From: Mytilus trossulus
Taxonomy: Eukaryota
NCBI RefSeq assembly: GCF_036588685.1
Contig: NC_086381.1
Coordinates: 24,180,001 to 24,244,000 of the forward strand
Direction: 5' to 3'
Length of the DNA stretch: 64,000 nt
The notes beneath the pieces are model-generated. The model was not told the origin of the DNA. It worked only from the letters and a program-made list of their open reading frames with translations, and ran no database searches. Both the position numbers and the translations under genes were made by a program. Shown here piece by piece: positions 1-11,590 of this stretch (within the stretch, counting starts at the first letter, position 1; every line of letters starts with the position of its first letter).

Positions 1-394
1 TAATTGAGGACAGAACAGCAAAAGACACAAAACAATTTTCGATCAGAATTACAAATAAAACATCTTAACTAAATACGTGGACGCTGGATGGACAAATACC
101 GAAACACCTCTCATAGAAATGCGAATTCACACAGCAAAACATTCATATCCGGTATTTACAAGACCAGACGACGTAAATGGTAAACAACAATCTAAGACGT
201 GGTAAACATGTCCTTAGTTAGTTTAGACACAGACACTTCGTATAGATAAAAAAAAATCATGATAGTGTCCGTAAAGAGTTTTAATCTTCCCTCCTCATAG
301 CTATGTTAGAGCAGTTTCTGCGTCAGGAGAACACTCCTGTATATGAAGTCGGTATAGTGTGCAATAGAGATATTATTTCAGCTTTATAATTGCG

Positions 395-530
395 AGTTTT
401 CCATTTCTATTTAGAAACATTTCAGCATCAGCGTGTGTATATTGTAAAGTATATATCTCCCAGTTAATATGATAGCCTCCATTTCCTATCATGATTTCCT
501 CTGTATAGGTGCTTACATGGATGCTTTTAA
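395..530 (+). mobile_element. Degenerate retroelement fragment (probably Penelope-like RT C-terminal region)
   Basis: tttccatttctat...tatatctcccagttaatatgata...tatcatgatttcctc resembles the better-preserved fragment at 27160-27400 (FPFL..YISQLIRY..DFL); heavily mutated. Confidence 0.35.
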
Positions 531-587
531 ACACGAGTTGGTGGATAGTTATGAATTATTTGTTTCATGACGACGGATATGATCAAA

Positions 588-980
588 AATATAACAGTTC
601 GTCCTCTCTTCCTCGAATATAACAGTTCGTCCTCTCTTCCTCGAATATAACAGTTCGTCCTCTCTTTCTCGAATATAACAGTTCGTCCTCTCTTCCTCGA
701 ATATAACAGTTCGTCCTCTCTTCCTCGAATATAACAGTTCGTCCTCTCTTTCTCGAATATAACAGTTCGTCCTCTCTTCCTCGAATATAACAGTTCGTCC
801 TCTCTTCCTCGAATATAACAGTTCGTCCTCTCTTTCTCGAATATAACAGTTCGTCCTCTCTTCCTCGAATATAACAGTTCGTCCTCTCTTCCTCGAATTT
901 GACATTCCGATGTTCGTCCTCTCTTCCTCGAATTTGACATTCCGATGTTCGTCCTCTCTTCCTCGAATTTGACATTCCGA
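588..980. repeat. Minisatellite: ~11 x 28-bp unit followed by ~2.5 x 35-bp variant
   Basis: Unit gaatataacagttcgtcctctcttcctc (588-894), then gaatttgacattccgatgttcgtcctctcttcctc starting at 895, 930, 965. It explains the three repetitive minus-strand ORFs at 527-1010. Confidence 0.95.
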
Positions 981-1427
981 TTTTATACTTATCACCTGGT
1001 TTGTATTCACATGTGTAGCATGATTTATTTACTCGTTCTTTTTAATGAGTTCGTGTTGCTGAGTTTTTAGTGTTCTTTGTTGGGTTTAATTCCCTATTGT
1101 TTGGGGTTTTTTTTTTCTTGTTGTTATTTTTAAAGTCAGCATGACAATGTCAGTTTGATTTTGCTATGTGATATTTTTTGGTAACCTTCCATTTGTCTAA
1201 TGATTTCGAGTAACTGTTTCAACTCTGCCAATCTATATGTGCCTTTCTCAAGAAAGGAATCTTGTCAGTGGATGACTGTGTCAAATGTTAATATTCATTT
1301 TAATTTTTGGTGAAAATGGCAGATCGTTGATAGTCTTTTTAAACTCAAATTTTCCGCCATCAAGTTTTAGAGCAATATTTGGAATAAAGAAGATGGATAT
1401 GAATGAATCAATCTTAATCAAATTTAC

Positions 1428-4400
1428 CTAGTTGAGAGAGCGGATAAATAACACGGACTAGGGTGGTCACTTTAGTTTTATCATCCAGGCTTTCTTCGTT
1501 TGCTAACCAACTAAACACTGGTATATCTCTGTAGGAGGCTAGTTCGGCAATAGGTATCATTGCTGGAATATTCAATTTGAAGAGTTAATTCAAATATCTT
1601 TAAAAAAAGTAATTATAGAAAAACATGGCATTTCTCGCAACTCCTCGACTTTTCCTGAACATTAATGCACTTTTGATATTTCATGAGTAAATTGTGAATT
1701 TACAAGATTAAATGGCAATAAATAATAGTAGTAAATAACCAATGTGGTGAATATTTTTCGAATTGAATTAAGAAAAACACCATTCGAATACAAAATATTT
1801 CTAAATTATCTTTGTTGATCTATAATCAACATTTATCATTAATCTATATAGATTCAGAAAGTATTTCTACGCTTATATTAATGCGAACATTGCGAAAGTT
1901 TCACAATAAATAATAAAACTGGCATTTATAATTTTTACTAGTAAGTTTGTCTCATAATTTTTGTATAATGCATTAATAAGGTATCACATATTTCCCAGAG
2001 GACAAGTATTTGCATTAATTCCTCAACTTAAAGTCCCTAAAATATTTCAACTCAAGTTAAAGCATGCGACAGATTATATTATAAGATGTTTTATGTGAAA
2101 GTATTTTCTATTTGTGTCTTGATGGATTTGTTGAAACCAATAACAATGGAAGTGTAATTTTACTTTTATATCGATAACAAATTATTAACTGTTGCTAGTC
2201 AAATTTCATAACTTTCTCCTATGAAAGTTCCTCTTTCCACCATTATTTATTTATTATTCTATTTTGAGTTTTATAGACTGTTGTCTTTTCGTCGTTATTC
2301 GTTTTTGTGCCATGCCATATCGGTTTCTCTTCGATTTTTGAGTTTTGAATATCACTTTTCTATGTAGTCCGTCTCCTTTTTTATCCATCTACTATGTGCC
2401 GTGTTTTTTAGCTAACATTTTACCTTCTGTACATGGTGGTCCTACAATGACGTCAACATGGTGATGTACGAGATAATCAGTCAGGATTCCAATACTCTGT
2501 TTGCTGTTACATCCGGAGTCCAGATAGGTCACACTTAAAAATGCATCAAAACTTATGAATAAGATTATTTCGGGGAAGATGTAAAATAAAACATATTCTT
2601 TTCAGCTACACCTAATTGACAAAAATATGCCATTTGTAGAATTCTTAATGTGTATCACAATATTTGGCTTTTGCGTGAATTGCAATTTGGAGTTTAGTAT
2701 GGCGTTCATTATCACTGAACTAGTATATATATTTGTTTAGGGGTCAGCTGAAGGACGCCTTCAGATGCGGGAATTTCTCGCTGCATTGAAGGCCTGTTGG
2801 TTACCTTCTGCTGTTGTCTGTTATTTGGTCGGGTTGTTGTCTCTTTGACACATTCCCCATTTCCATTCTCAATTTTATGTAGATTTTTCAGTCAGGGATG
2901 ACATGATCTATTTATAAGATTTAATTGGCTTGGAATTAGTTTCAGTAATTGCAGGAAGTCTAATATCGGTGATATGTGTCATTTGTTTTACCTTAGTTGT
3001 TTTTCTTCCTTATGCTCGTTTGGGTAAAGATAATTGGTTCGATGGTGTGCTAACAAACATGTTTAACCCATCCAAATTCTCTGTGTGTATGTCCCAAGTC
3101 AGGAGCCTGCAGTTCGGTGGTTTTTTGTTCGTCTAAGACTCTCATATTTGTTTTTCGTAAATTATTTTGTCATAAATAAGGTTGATTATTTTCTATTTTG
3201 AATTGTTTCACATTTTGTCATAAGAGTTTTCTCATTGCTGAAGGCCGTATACTGACCTTTGATTGATTATATCCATTTCATTGGAGTTGTGGTGGATAAT
3301 TGTCTCATTGGCAATTCGTAATACAGGGCTGTTTCCCATTCTTGATAAAACAACGTTAACAGGTTCTCTTTATTGTCTTTGTTTCATTTTTTTGGGAGAT
3401 GATTAATAAAAATATGTTGGTTTTTTTTAAGTTTAATATTCCTCTCGACTAAAACAGAATGCCTTCTTACGACTGCAGCGTCGGAGTTATTCCAAAGTAT
3501 CATACAGACGCTTCCAGTTAGGCATTAAGGTAGATTGATGGTATACCGCCATCTTGGATTGTACAATCGCAGTACAAAATCGGTCTAGTTATTTGCCTAA
3601 ATCTGCAAATTTAGAAACAAATTTGCAATTCAATAGTTAGACTGCTTTTTCTATTTGAAGAAAACCTGTAAAATAATCGTATTATACAAAATATTTTAAA
3701 AAATATAATTTTTTGGGGTTTTAAAGTCATTTTTTTCAAATGAGCTATTTAAGGGGAGATAACTCTTTTAGTACAAAATTTATACTGGTCTAATAGGGAA
3801 ATTTTTTATTTTCACTTGTAGCAAGAAAACAAGTTCGGTGACACCATGTTTTCTTTTTATTTTCTTAAAACATATTATGAAACCTTTCTTCTTACAATTT
3901 ATTTCAAAATTCTATCTCATAGAATTTTTTTTATGCACATTAACGTGTTTTTTCATGAACAAACTAACCAAATTTTGGCAATTTTCAACGACTCATTGCT
4001 TGAAAAATAGCACGGTGACCCATACTTTTTATTAAATTTTTGAAAAGAGCATAGTAAAGTCTTCATTTTGGCAAATTATAAAAAAATTCTGTCTCAAAAA
4101 ATATATACTGTTGATCTACCTTAAAATAACCAAATGTACGCACCCTCTCCGCAAAGATCAAATTGTCGCACGGGGAGGCAGGTCACTACTTTAAAACAAA
4201 ACTTCGAAACGTCACCTTAGCAAAGGGTAAGGATAAAAAAAAATCCAGTACTCGTTCAAGCTTGTGTGGTTTTTCATAATTGCGGTGACGTAAAAAACAT
4301 TTTTAATGCGACTAAAAAAAGTTCCTTCAGATAAAATAATCATCGTTTTTTGTAATTTGCAGACTTTTACTTTTATAAGTTTAAGAACCAAACACATTGT

Positions 4401-4703
4401 AATAAAGTTCATTGGACATTTTAATTTTAATACAAAAAATATGTCGACTGACTTGTCAATTAATTTTTTCTATGACACAATTACGACATTGAATTACCTT
4501 ATTGAATTATTTGGTAGTATCCCTTGGTCATAGATCTTCTGTAAAGCCAGTGACAATGCTGGCAGTGATGTAGAAGCATTGACTAGAAGACTGGACCCAG
4601 GTATTAGACTATATGGTGCCATCCATACCAATTGTGTGGTGTTTATTATAGGCAGTCCAATACAAATGAATAAAAGACTTAAAAATAATCCGTTAATCAC
4701 CAT
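1428..4703 (-). CDS. Natriuretic peptide receptor / receptor guanylyl cyclase family gene (ANF-receptor ligand-binding ectodomain), first three coding exons; gene presumably continues off the left edge
   Basis: Exons 4703-4498, 2533-2424, 1562-1428, all GT-AG and in phase. Translation: signal-peptide-like MVINGLFLSLLFICIG...PALSLALQKIYDQGILPNNSIS|VTYLDSGCNSKQSIGILTDYLVHHHVDVIVGPPCTE|AMIPIAELASYRDIPVFSWLANEESLDDKTKVTTLVRVIYPLSQL. The DSxC, DVIVGPPC, LASY..IP and TLVR motifs are typical of this ectodomain. Confidence 0.85.
2694..2877. repeat. Dispersed ~185-bp repeat family, copy 1
   Basis: Near-identical to 34452-34634 (ttagtatggcgttcattatcactgaactag...gacacattccccatttccattctcaatttta); partial inverted copy at ~33177-33243. 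Confidence 0.85.
3040..3315 (+). repeat. SINE-like dispersed repeat (gtcccaagtcaggagcc core), degenerate copy
   Basis: Shares gtcccaagtcaggagcctg, gaaggccgta and gtctcattggcaat blocks with 15655-15942 and 43917-44190. Confidence 0.7.
3529..4120. mobile_element. MITE with TTAA target duplication (Kolobok/piggyBac-type ends)
   Basis: ttaa|GGTAGATTGATGGTATA ... TATACTGTTGATCTACC|ttaa; imperfect TIRs, TTAA on both sides, no coding capacity; lies in intron 1 of the receptor gene. Confidence 0.8.
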
Positions 4704-4804
4704 GTTTTGTGCTCTCCTTACATATTTTCAAATTATCAATATATATATAGGTATGTGCTAATATAATTATCACATTTTTCTCTTTAGCACTTCACAATAT
4801 GTAT

Positions 4805-5010
4805 GTTTCAATCACTCAAATGTGAAATCTTATTCGGAAACAATAACACTGGAAAAAAAACACTATGATCCTAAAGTTGCAGCAGATATTTCTCAATTTT
4901 CACAAAGTATATATATTTCAATCAGCCAAATGTAAAATCTTATTCAGAAACAATAACACTGAAAAAAACGTCATGCAAAGACGCAATAGATTTTTTTCTC
5001 AATTTTCACA
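4805..5010. repeat. Local ~110-bp tandem duplication upstream of the receptor ATG
   Basis: tttcaatcactcaaatgtgaaatcttattcggaaacaataacactg...ttctcaattttcaca is repeated as tttcaatcagccaaatgtaaaatcttattcagaaacaataacactg...ttctcaattttcaca. Confidence 0.75.
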
Positions 5011-6448
5011 TTTACTCGATTAAGCAGCAGATAAAATATTAGGATATCCACTGTCATGATTTTTATTAAGTATCATTAACTAACATAAATTTTCCGTAAA
5101 TTTTCATCAGGATAATTATGATCTCTAATCATAAAGAGTATCTCCAATGGACATAAATAATATCCCCGTAATCATAATTGTTAATTTCCAAATCTGACTT
5201 CTTTGTTAATCACCAATCTCAATGATGGATCAGTAATGAAAACATTTTACGTAAATGATTTTCCTGTTCAAATAGACTTATTTAAATGTAAACAATCGTA
5301 CAGGGAACAAACAACCAAAAACACATTCCAACAAATTGTTAAAGTCAACATTGTCATTTGATCTCTATAGCATAAGCACTTAATCTCTTAGTCAATTTTA
5401 AAGTTGTGTTCTTACAGAAATCTAACTAATTACTATATTAACCTAGTAAAATCTAGAGTGGTAATATAACATCAATTCTGAAGATTTCAACAATTTCAAT
5501 ATACCATGGCTGTTTACTGGTATAACATCAAACTAAATATTACATAATATACTCAAACAAGTTTACATGTATTAAAATGGTTGCATAAGTACCATGAAAA
5601 AGGAATGATAAAGGAAAAGTTACTGCGATCCATTGAATCGCAAAGAGAACAATTTGTCTTTTTTCAGATTTGAAGTGAAATCCATAAAATTACAACATTT
5701 TAATTACGCATAGATAATCATGATAATTCGTTATTTGTGCAAAATTTTCTAATTAGATCTTGTATAATTTAATCTGTAATAGGAATATTTTTTTTTATTT
5801 TTTTTGGTATATATATAGTGGCCAGAACAGACTTTTGATGGAAAATTTTGAAGCACAGCATAATTTATATCATGTTTGGTTAATTTGTCTTCAAATGTGA
5901 GATAATATGGTTTCTAAAACGCACTCCTGTATGTGATTTAAAATCAATTAGTATGACGAAATTGGTAAATATTTCATGTGATTCCTTATCTAGTTACAAG
6001 TCTTGGTTTAATCATTTTTAAATATATTTTTTTTTTCTATTTTAAAATAGGGGACAGGTTTTCTTTCCTTTGGTTCCAATACTAAGAACGTAAAGATTTT
6101 GTTTGTCGATATTTTTTCTTCAGTTTTATACTTGAAGAGCATAAAGTAATATATATATATAGGATAAGTTGAGACTACGCCTAGTAAATGTGAAAACAAC
6201 TGAATGACATCTAGAGGTCAAAGTACTGTCAAGTATTGTCAATGTGGGTCGTTACTGTTCATAGTCTCCACTTGACTTTAAGCAAACAACAATCAATCAA
6301 CCTTAATCATTTTATGTAAATTAACACTATCAGTCACATTCACAATTTGTTTCTGAATACACACGACTATTTTGTACAACTTCAGTTGTTAGTTTCATCC
6401 CTTGTATAAAACCTTTTAAGGACTCTAATTAATATTTAGATTTTTTAA

Positions 6449-6944
6449 AGGGGCACTAGCTGTCAAATTCATGTTCACCGATTTGACTCAAATTCTCATA
6501 TTTTATTGATAACAATGTAAAACATTTATCCATATCATAAAAAGTCTAAAATAAACAATACATAGGATTGGACTCCAGAATATGTAACTTCGTTTCGTGT
6601 ATATTCTAGTATAGACGCCATCTTATTAACTTTCGAGTTAACCTCCGGAGACCTCCGATGGTTATATAAGCGATATAAACATAAATATAGATATACAGAG
6701 AAACCAACTCGTGCATTTAGATTTTTCTAGGTCTGTTAAATTTTATATATTATTTACCAGTATACGAATGATATTGTGGATCGAATCAGTCAGTCAAATG
6801 ATTTACCTTTGTTCTACTTTCAATGATGCAAGTGAATAATTCATCATCAATGATTCAAAGCTTATTTTGACAAAATTGAAAGAAAAAAAAATTGAACAAA
6901 AAATCACATTTTAAATTTTTATATATCTCGTAGCTAGTACCCCT
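6449..6944. mobile_element. MITE (Kolobok-like, TTAA at left end)
   Basis: ttaa|AGGGGCACTAGCT ... AGCTAGTACCCCT|tttt; 13-bp TIR with one mismatch; right target site degenerate. Confidence 0.7.
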
Positions 6945-7767
6945 TTTTATCAAAAAAAAGACGACAGCTTTTTCGTCCTTCTTGTCCCCGATTAACATTT
7001 TTTTTTAATTCTGTTTAATATACAACTAAACGCGATTTGATATTTTCAATTATGCTTTGGGACAAATCTAGGGGGAAAAGCGAGTCAACACTTTATCCAT
7101 AAAGTTTAATATACAAAGAATTAAGCTTATTTTTTTCCCATCAAGACAAGAATATTTGATCAATATTCAAATCATAAATTATACGAGGCTGACAATAAGA
7201 ACATTGATAAAGATGGGGACGGGAAGGGGTCACTAGACATTTTCTTTTACAGTCACATTTGAGCAAGGACAAGATTGATAACAGAATAGATGTTGACTTT
7301 GCACATTTGATGTATTTTCGAGTTTTCCATTATTGTAGTGGTATTTTTGTCTCCTTGTAGCGTTGCTCAACGTCCACATTGCGCTTTAGATTAAAACAAG
7401 ACAATATGTTATGAAAATAGATAAGAAAGAGAATCTCGATATGAAATTATTTCATAAGTTATTTATTATGTAAGGAACATTATGATGTAACATTTTATGA
7501 ATGAAAGGCGAACTGATAAACGTCATTCAAGGCTTCCACTAAAGTACACAATAATGTACTATTGGATTTCCGTCAACACATGTGATATCTTATCTATGCT
7601 TCCTATACTTTATTTAATGTTGTTGAAACTTTTGTTGTGTGTTCATTTTTATAACATATAAACACAACAGGTCCTATACTTTATTTGCTGTTAATGCGAC
7701 TTTTGCTGTGTTTACAATTTTATTTACATTTTAACAAAACAAACTATATTTTACTTGAATGAAATAA

Positions 7768-8045
7768 GGGAGCTACCATTTGATTTTTATGGGGGGGAGA
7801 GGGGGGGGGGCTAGGATGAAATTTGAAAAAAATAGGCAGGACAGGAGTTTTTAGTAAAAAGAAAGGCAGGATGAGACACTTGCAAAAAAAAAAGTCAGGA
7901 TGACAATTTATGTAAAAAAAGTCAGGATAAACTATAAAAAAAAAAAGCAGGACCGGATAGAGTGAAAAATAAAAAGGCAGGACAGAGATTACAACTTAAA
8001 AAAATCCCCCCCCCCCCCCCCATAAAAAATCAAATGGTAGCTCCC
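7768..8045. mobile_element. PIF/Harbinger-type MITE with TAA TSD and internal short tandem repeats
   Basis: taa|GGGAGCTACCATTTGATTTTTATGGGGG ... CCCCCATAAAAAATCAAATGGTAGCTCCC|taa; the interior is about six copies of aaaaaa(g/t)(g/t)caggat/gac. Confidence 0.85.
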
Positions 8046-8145
8046 TAACGATCCAGCAATGGAATTGAACTTAAAAGAAGCACTTTATTCTTTTCAGATA
8101 CTGATGATTAACTCTGTTTTTCTAACAGTCAGATTGATATATTTA

Positions 8146-9024
8146 TACTGGTCAACAAAAGAAACGATACAAGACTTTTTTCAAATTAAAGATAAAGTTT
8201 TCCATTCAATGGACCAATATTGAAGGTAGTAATACTTAATCATTATGGAAATATAAATCCGTTAAATTTTTTTTATTTTGTTTTCCTTTCGTGACGTTTT
8301 TTCGCGATTTTTTGTTTTTTACAAAATTTACATAAAACGACAATTTTAAAAAAAGAAGTTCCAAATAATGATGCCAACCTCTTATTTAAAGGTAAAGACA
8401 GTGTTTGCCATCAAGTTGTTTTTAAAAATCATATAGTTTCTTCGTTTATTTGTTAAGCAAAGTTTGTCCCCACGAGAAATCGTTAAAATGTATACATTAT
8501 CAACTGATTTACCATAGACAGTATGTGTAAAGTGATATTCAAAAAGCGGTTACAATCGTAAAACTTATCCGAAAGGTTTCAAATTTACTGTGTGTTGTTT
8601 TCATTTCTAAAGCATTGATTTGAGACGAAAATAAAAAAAAATTTTTTTGCATTTTTTGAGATTTCAAAAAACACTTTTTTCCCAAATTTTTGAAAAAAAC
8701 AACATTTCAACCCATTACTTACAACATGAACATTACTTGATTAGCATATTGAATATTTTTAAACAAATTTGAAATTTTATTTAGAACTTAGAAAATTATG
8801 TGTCGATTTTTTATTCAACTTTCCGCAAAACTAATTGCACCCTACGATCGTTTACACTGAATTTAGATGCTTTCCGACAAGTTTTGATTTTCGTTATCAC
8901 ATGTGAATACATAATTTTGCAAATGAAAGCTTTTTAAAATAGTGTATCTCTTTTTTTTTTATATTTAATACTTTTTGATAAATTTTATTTCAAAGTCGTG
9001 TATCGTTTCTTTTGTTGACTAGTA
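8146..9024. mobile_element. Tc1/mariner-type non-autonomous element (TA target), inserted in the (TA)n tail of the neighbouring SINE
   Basis: ta|TACTGGTCAACAAAAGAAACGATACAAGACTTT ... AAAGTCGTGTATCGTTTCTTTTGTTGACTAGTA|ta; 33-bp TIR with 2 mismatches. Confidence 0.85.
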
Positions 9025-9071
9025 TATATATATATAACTCGTCTAAACATCAACCCAACAATGTCAGATCT
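9025..9071 (-). mobile_element. 3' piece of a tRNA-derived SINE-like element split by the 9072-14547 insertion
   Basis: (ta)n-aactcgtctaaacatcaacccaacaatgtcagatct appears to join ctgtaaatttgc at 14548 with a shared 'ct'; the join relies on my recollection of this repeat family. Confidence 0.55.
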
Positions 9072-9285
9072 AAGAAATAATTCTTTCATGCCATGCTCTT
9101 TGCTCATTTTAACATGGGTAGGCATTATATTTGTTAATATCTTAATACCGAGTGTTAGCGAGGTATTAAATGTTTACAAATATAATGTCTACCCATGTTA
9201 AAATGAGCATAGAGCATGGCATGATAGAATAATTTCGATTCTAATAGGAATATTTTGAACTATGTACTTCGAAGCGGACCTATAG

Positions 9286-10120
9286 TGTAACGTGTAACCA
9301 GGCGTTTATATCCAAAACGTCCGTTCCAGTCAATACTTGGATCCAAGTTGTCCACAAAAAATACGGTAATGCTAAAAACTACAACTATCTAAATTATGCA
9401 CATTGAACTAAAATATACACACTGACTCTTTGTCGAAATAAAGTAACAACAGACAAATATATATACAAATATAATTCAATAAACCAGCCTGTCCTCAAGA
9501 TGGGACGATGTGTCACTTATAGACAGTATAGCTGGTACAGCTTGTCCTCCGAATGGGACAGTCTGTCAATACAAAACAGAGAGGTCTGATACAACTTGTC
9601 CTCCGAGTGGGACAACCTGTCACTATCAGACAGTGCGGTCTGGAACAACTTGTCCTCCGTGTGGGACAACCTGTCACTACCAGACAGTACGGGCTGGTAC
9701 AGCTTGTCCTCCGAGTGGGACAGTCTGCTATGTCGATCCTGTCAACGTGTACGTCCACTCTGTACCCAGTACGAAGTGTCCTCTGAATATCAAGGCTCTT
9801 CTAGCACTTAATATATATCCGACGTACGCTCAGTTGATGGATGACAGCTCATCGACAGCCAACCGACAGCCTCGAGTGTCGTTTCTCATTCTCTTATATA
9901 CCAGTGGTCGATACCACTATTTCCCTGATAGGGGTGTTCTCTATATGTTCCCGATACCGAACACAAGAGTACCTCTCAAACACCCCCCATACCGATGGAC
10001 CCAACCACTGACTCTCCCGCCAAACGTCCAAATCTACACAACGCTTCCTTATACATGAAATAAGCATATCTTCAACAAGATTATCTATGTTTGTTACCTT
10101 AACAACCAATAAACATTACA
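9286..10120 (-). repeat. 3' LTR (835 bp)
   Basis: tgtaacgtgtaacc...aataaacattaca. Differs from the other LTR by 3 substitutions and 2 small indels that I could see. Preceded on the - strand by the purine-rich GAGGCGTGGGTTA (10121-10133, putative PPT). Confidence 0.95.
9488..9730. repeat. Five ~54-bp tandem units inside the LTR, each with a TGTCC...GGACA hairpin (second copy at ~12750-12992)
   Basis: cttgtcctccgagtgggaca recurs with 53-54-bp period (9488, 9541, 9595, 9649, 9703). Confidence 0.9.
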
Positions 10121-10210
10121 TAACCCACGCCTCAATCTACATGCGTCCCGCATGATTAATTTAAAATTACAAAATTTAATTCAACAAAATTTATACAGAT
10201 AATCCGAAAT

Positions 10211-11533
10211 TTACTTATTTACATTATCAGCAATACAAGTTGGTTTCTTACTATCGTGACGACCATTATCCTCTAATCTCCACGAGACACGTTTCCTTTT
10301 CATTGGGCGTTTTCTCCTAGTACACTGATTGCAACCAGCAACATACATCCTAACGTCAGATTGCAAACCAGGCCAATAGAAAGACTGACGTATTTTTTCT
10401 ATAGTTTTATGTATACCTAGGTGACTTGCACACTTTGTCTCATGACAGCATTGTAAAACTTGCTTACGCTCCGACATAGGAATTACCGCTTGTAATTTCA
10501 CAATATTCCGTTCCCCGTCAACGTGGCGTCTAACTACTACGTCATCATGGACCTCTAAACAACCAAACTGACTCCATAATGACCTTATAGAGTATCCTTT
10601 ACCTGATACCTCATTGTACTGTGGCCTTTGACCCTCTGTCAACCACCGCTTAACAAGTTTAAGGTCCGAGTCATTTGACTGTAACTCATTTAAAGTCAAG
10701 TTTTTACCCATGTCTGGCATCTGACTTGTAACTAGGTTTACCTGACTTTGTTCTCTCTTAGAACAGTCACGGTCCGTTTTTGACTGTGTGTCTGATGTTA
10801 ACCGGCAAGATTTTTTACGAACATCAATATTCCTAATTTTGGTACCTTGAACACATAGGGGGACCTTGACGTTATCGATGTGTAATACGTTAGCAGACAC
10901 GTCAATCAAACACTTATTTTTCTTCATAAAGTCTAAACCTAGAATTCCTTCGACTTGTAGGTTAGTTACAACAGCCTCTGAAGTAAGCTTCTCTTGACCA
11001 AAATCAAGTGTAAAATTACCTTTTCCCCGAGGGCTTAAATACTTGTCACTGACGGACTTTATCTGTGACCTAGTTTTACTCAAATGCGGCCTACATAAGT
11101 CAGGAATTGAATCATATACTCTTGTAGAAACTAAAGTAAGTGTAGCTCCAGTATCAACCACAAATTTGACTGGTACACCTTGAATGCTCAGCTCAACAAA
11201 CATTCCTGCATTCTCTGATGCTGTAACAACAACAGCGCCTTTGTCATTATACTTAACCTCAGACTTCAGTGTCTTGACCGTACCGTCCGTATATGTTCCG
11301 TTATTATCTGTTTCCCGAGTACTAAGTATCTGAATATTATTGGGACAATTTCTTGCAAAGTGTCCTATTTCTTCACAACTAAAACAAGGACCACCCATGT
11401 TACCTTTACTTTGTAAGTTATTTATCTTTCTCCGTGGTTGGAACTTTCTTTGGGACTTTAAATCTTTAATCTCTTTTGTTAAGGATTGTATACTATTTTC
11501 AATTGTCTGCATCCACGTCGTCATTTGTTCCAT
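10211..11533 (-). CDS. Gag zinc knuckle + aspartic protease + integrase N-terminal HHCC zinc-binding domain; no RT, RNase H or integrase core
   Basis: CFSCEEIGHFARNC (CCHC); FVVDTGATLTL...GILGLDFM (retropepsin); H..SHLGIHKTIEKIRQSFYWPG..DVRMYVAGCNQC (integrase H2C2), then stop. Same frame as 11591-12340. Confidence 0.9.
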   Translation of the reverse strand: MEQMTTWMQTIENSIQSLTKEIKDLKSQRKFQPRRKINNLQSKGNMGGPCFSCEEIGHFARNCPNNIQILSTRETDNNGTYTDGTVKTLKSEVKYNDKGAVVVTASENAGMFVELSIQGVPVKFVVDTGATLTLVSTRVYDSIPDLCRPHLSKTRSQIKSVSDKYLSPRGKGNFTLDFGQEKLTSEAVVTNLQVEGILGLDFMKKNKCLIDVSANVLHIDNVKVPLCVQGTKIRNIDVRKKSCRLTSDTQSKTDRDCSKREQSQVNLVTSQMPDMGKNLTLNELQSNDSDLKLVKRWLTEGQRPQYNEVSGKGYSIRSLWSQFGCLEVHDDVVVRRHVDGERNIVKLQAVIPMSERKQVLQCCHETKCASHLGIHKTIEKIRQSFYWPGLQSDVRMYVAGCNQCTRRKRPMKRKRVSWRLEDNGRHDSKKPTCIADNVNK

Positions 11534-11590
11534 AGATACAGCCGTATCAGGACTAGTAGGTGCTTCTGTCCGTTCGTCACTAGTAGTCCG

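Noticed and set aside
588-980. CRISPR-like array / repetitive ORFs 527-1010
   Set aside because: Units are directly adjacent with no unique spacers, there are no cas genes and the context is eukaryotic; the ORFs are by-products of a stop-free satellite.
9488-9730. Palindromic repeat-spacer array as CRISPR
   Set aside because: The 'spacers' are homologous to each other; it is a tandem repeat inside an LTR.
9510-10058. 182-aa Cys-rich protein (and its copy at 12772-13089)
   Set aside because: Lies wholly in the LTR, antisense to the element, starts at GTG, and the two LTRs differ by frameshifting indels downstream; explained by the 54-bp repeat.
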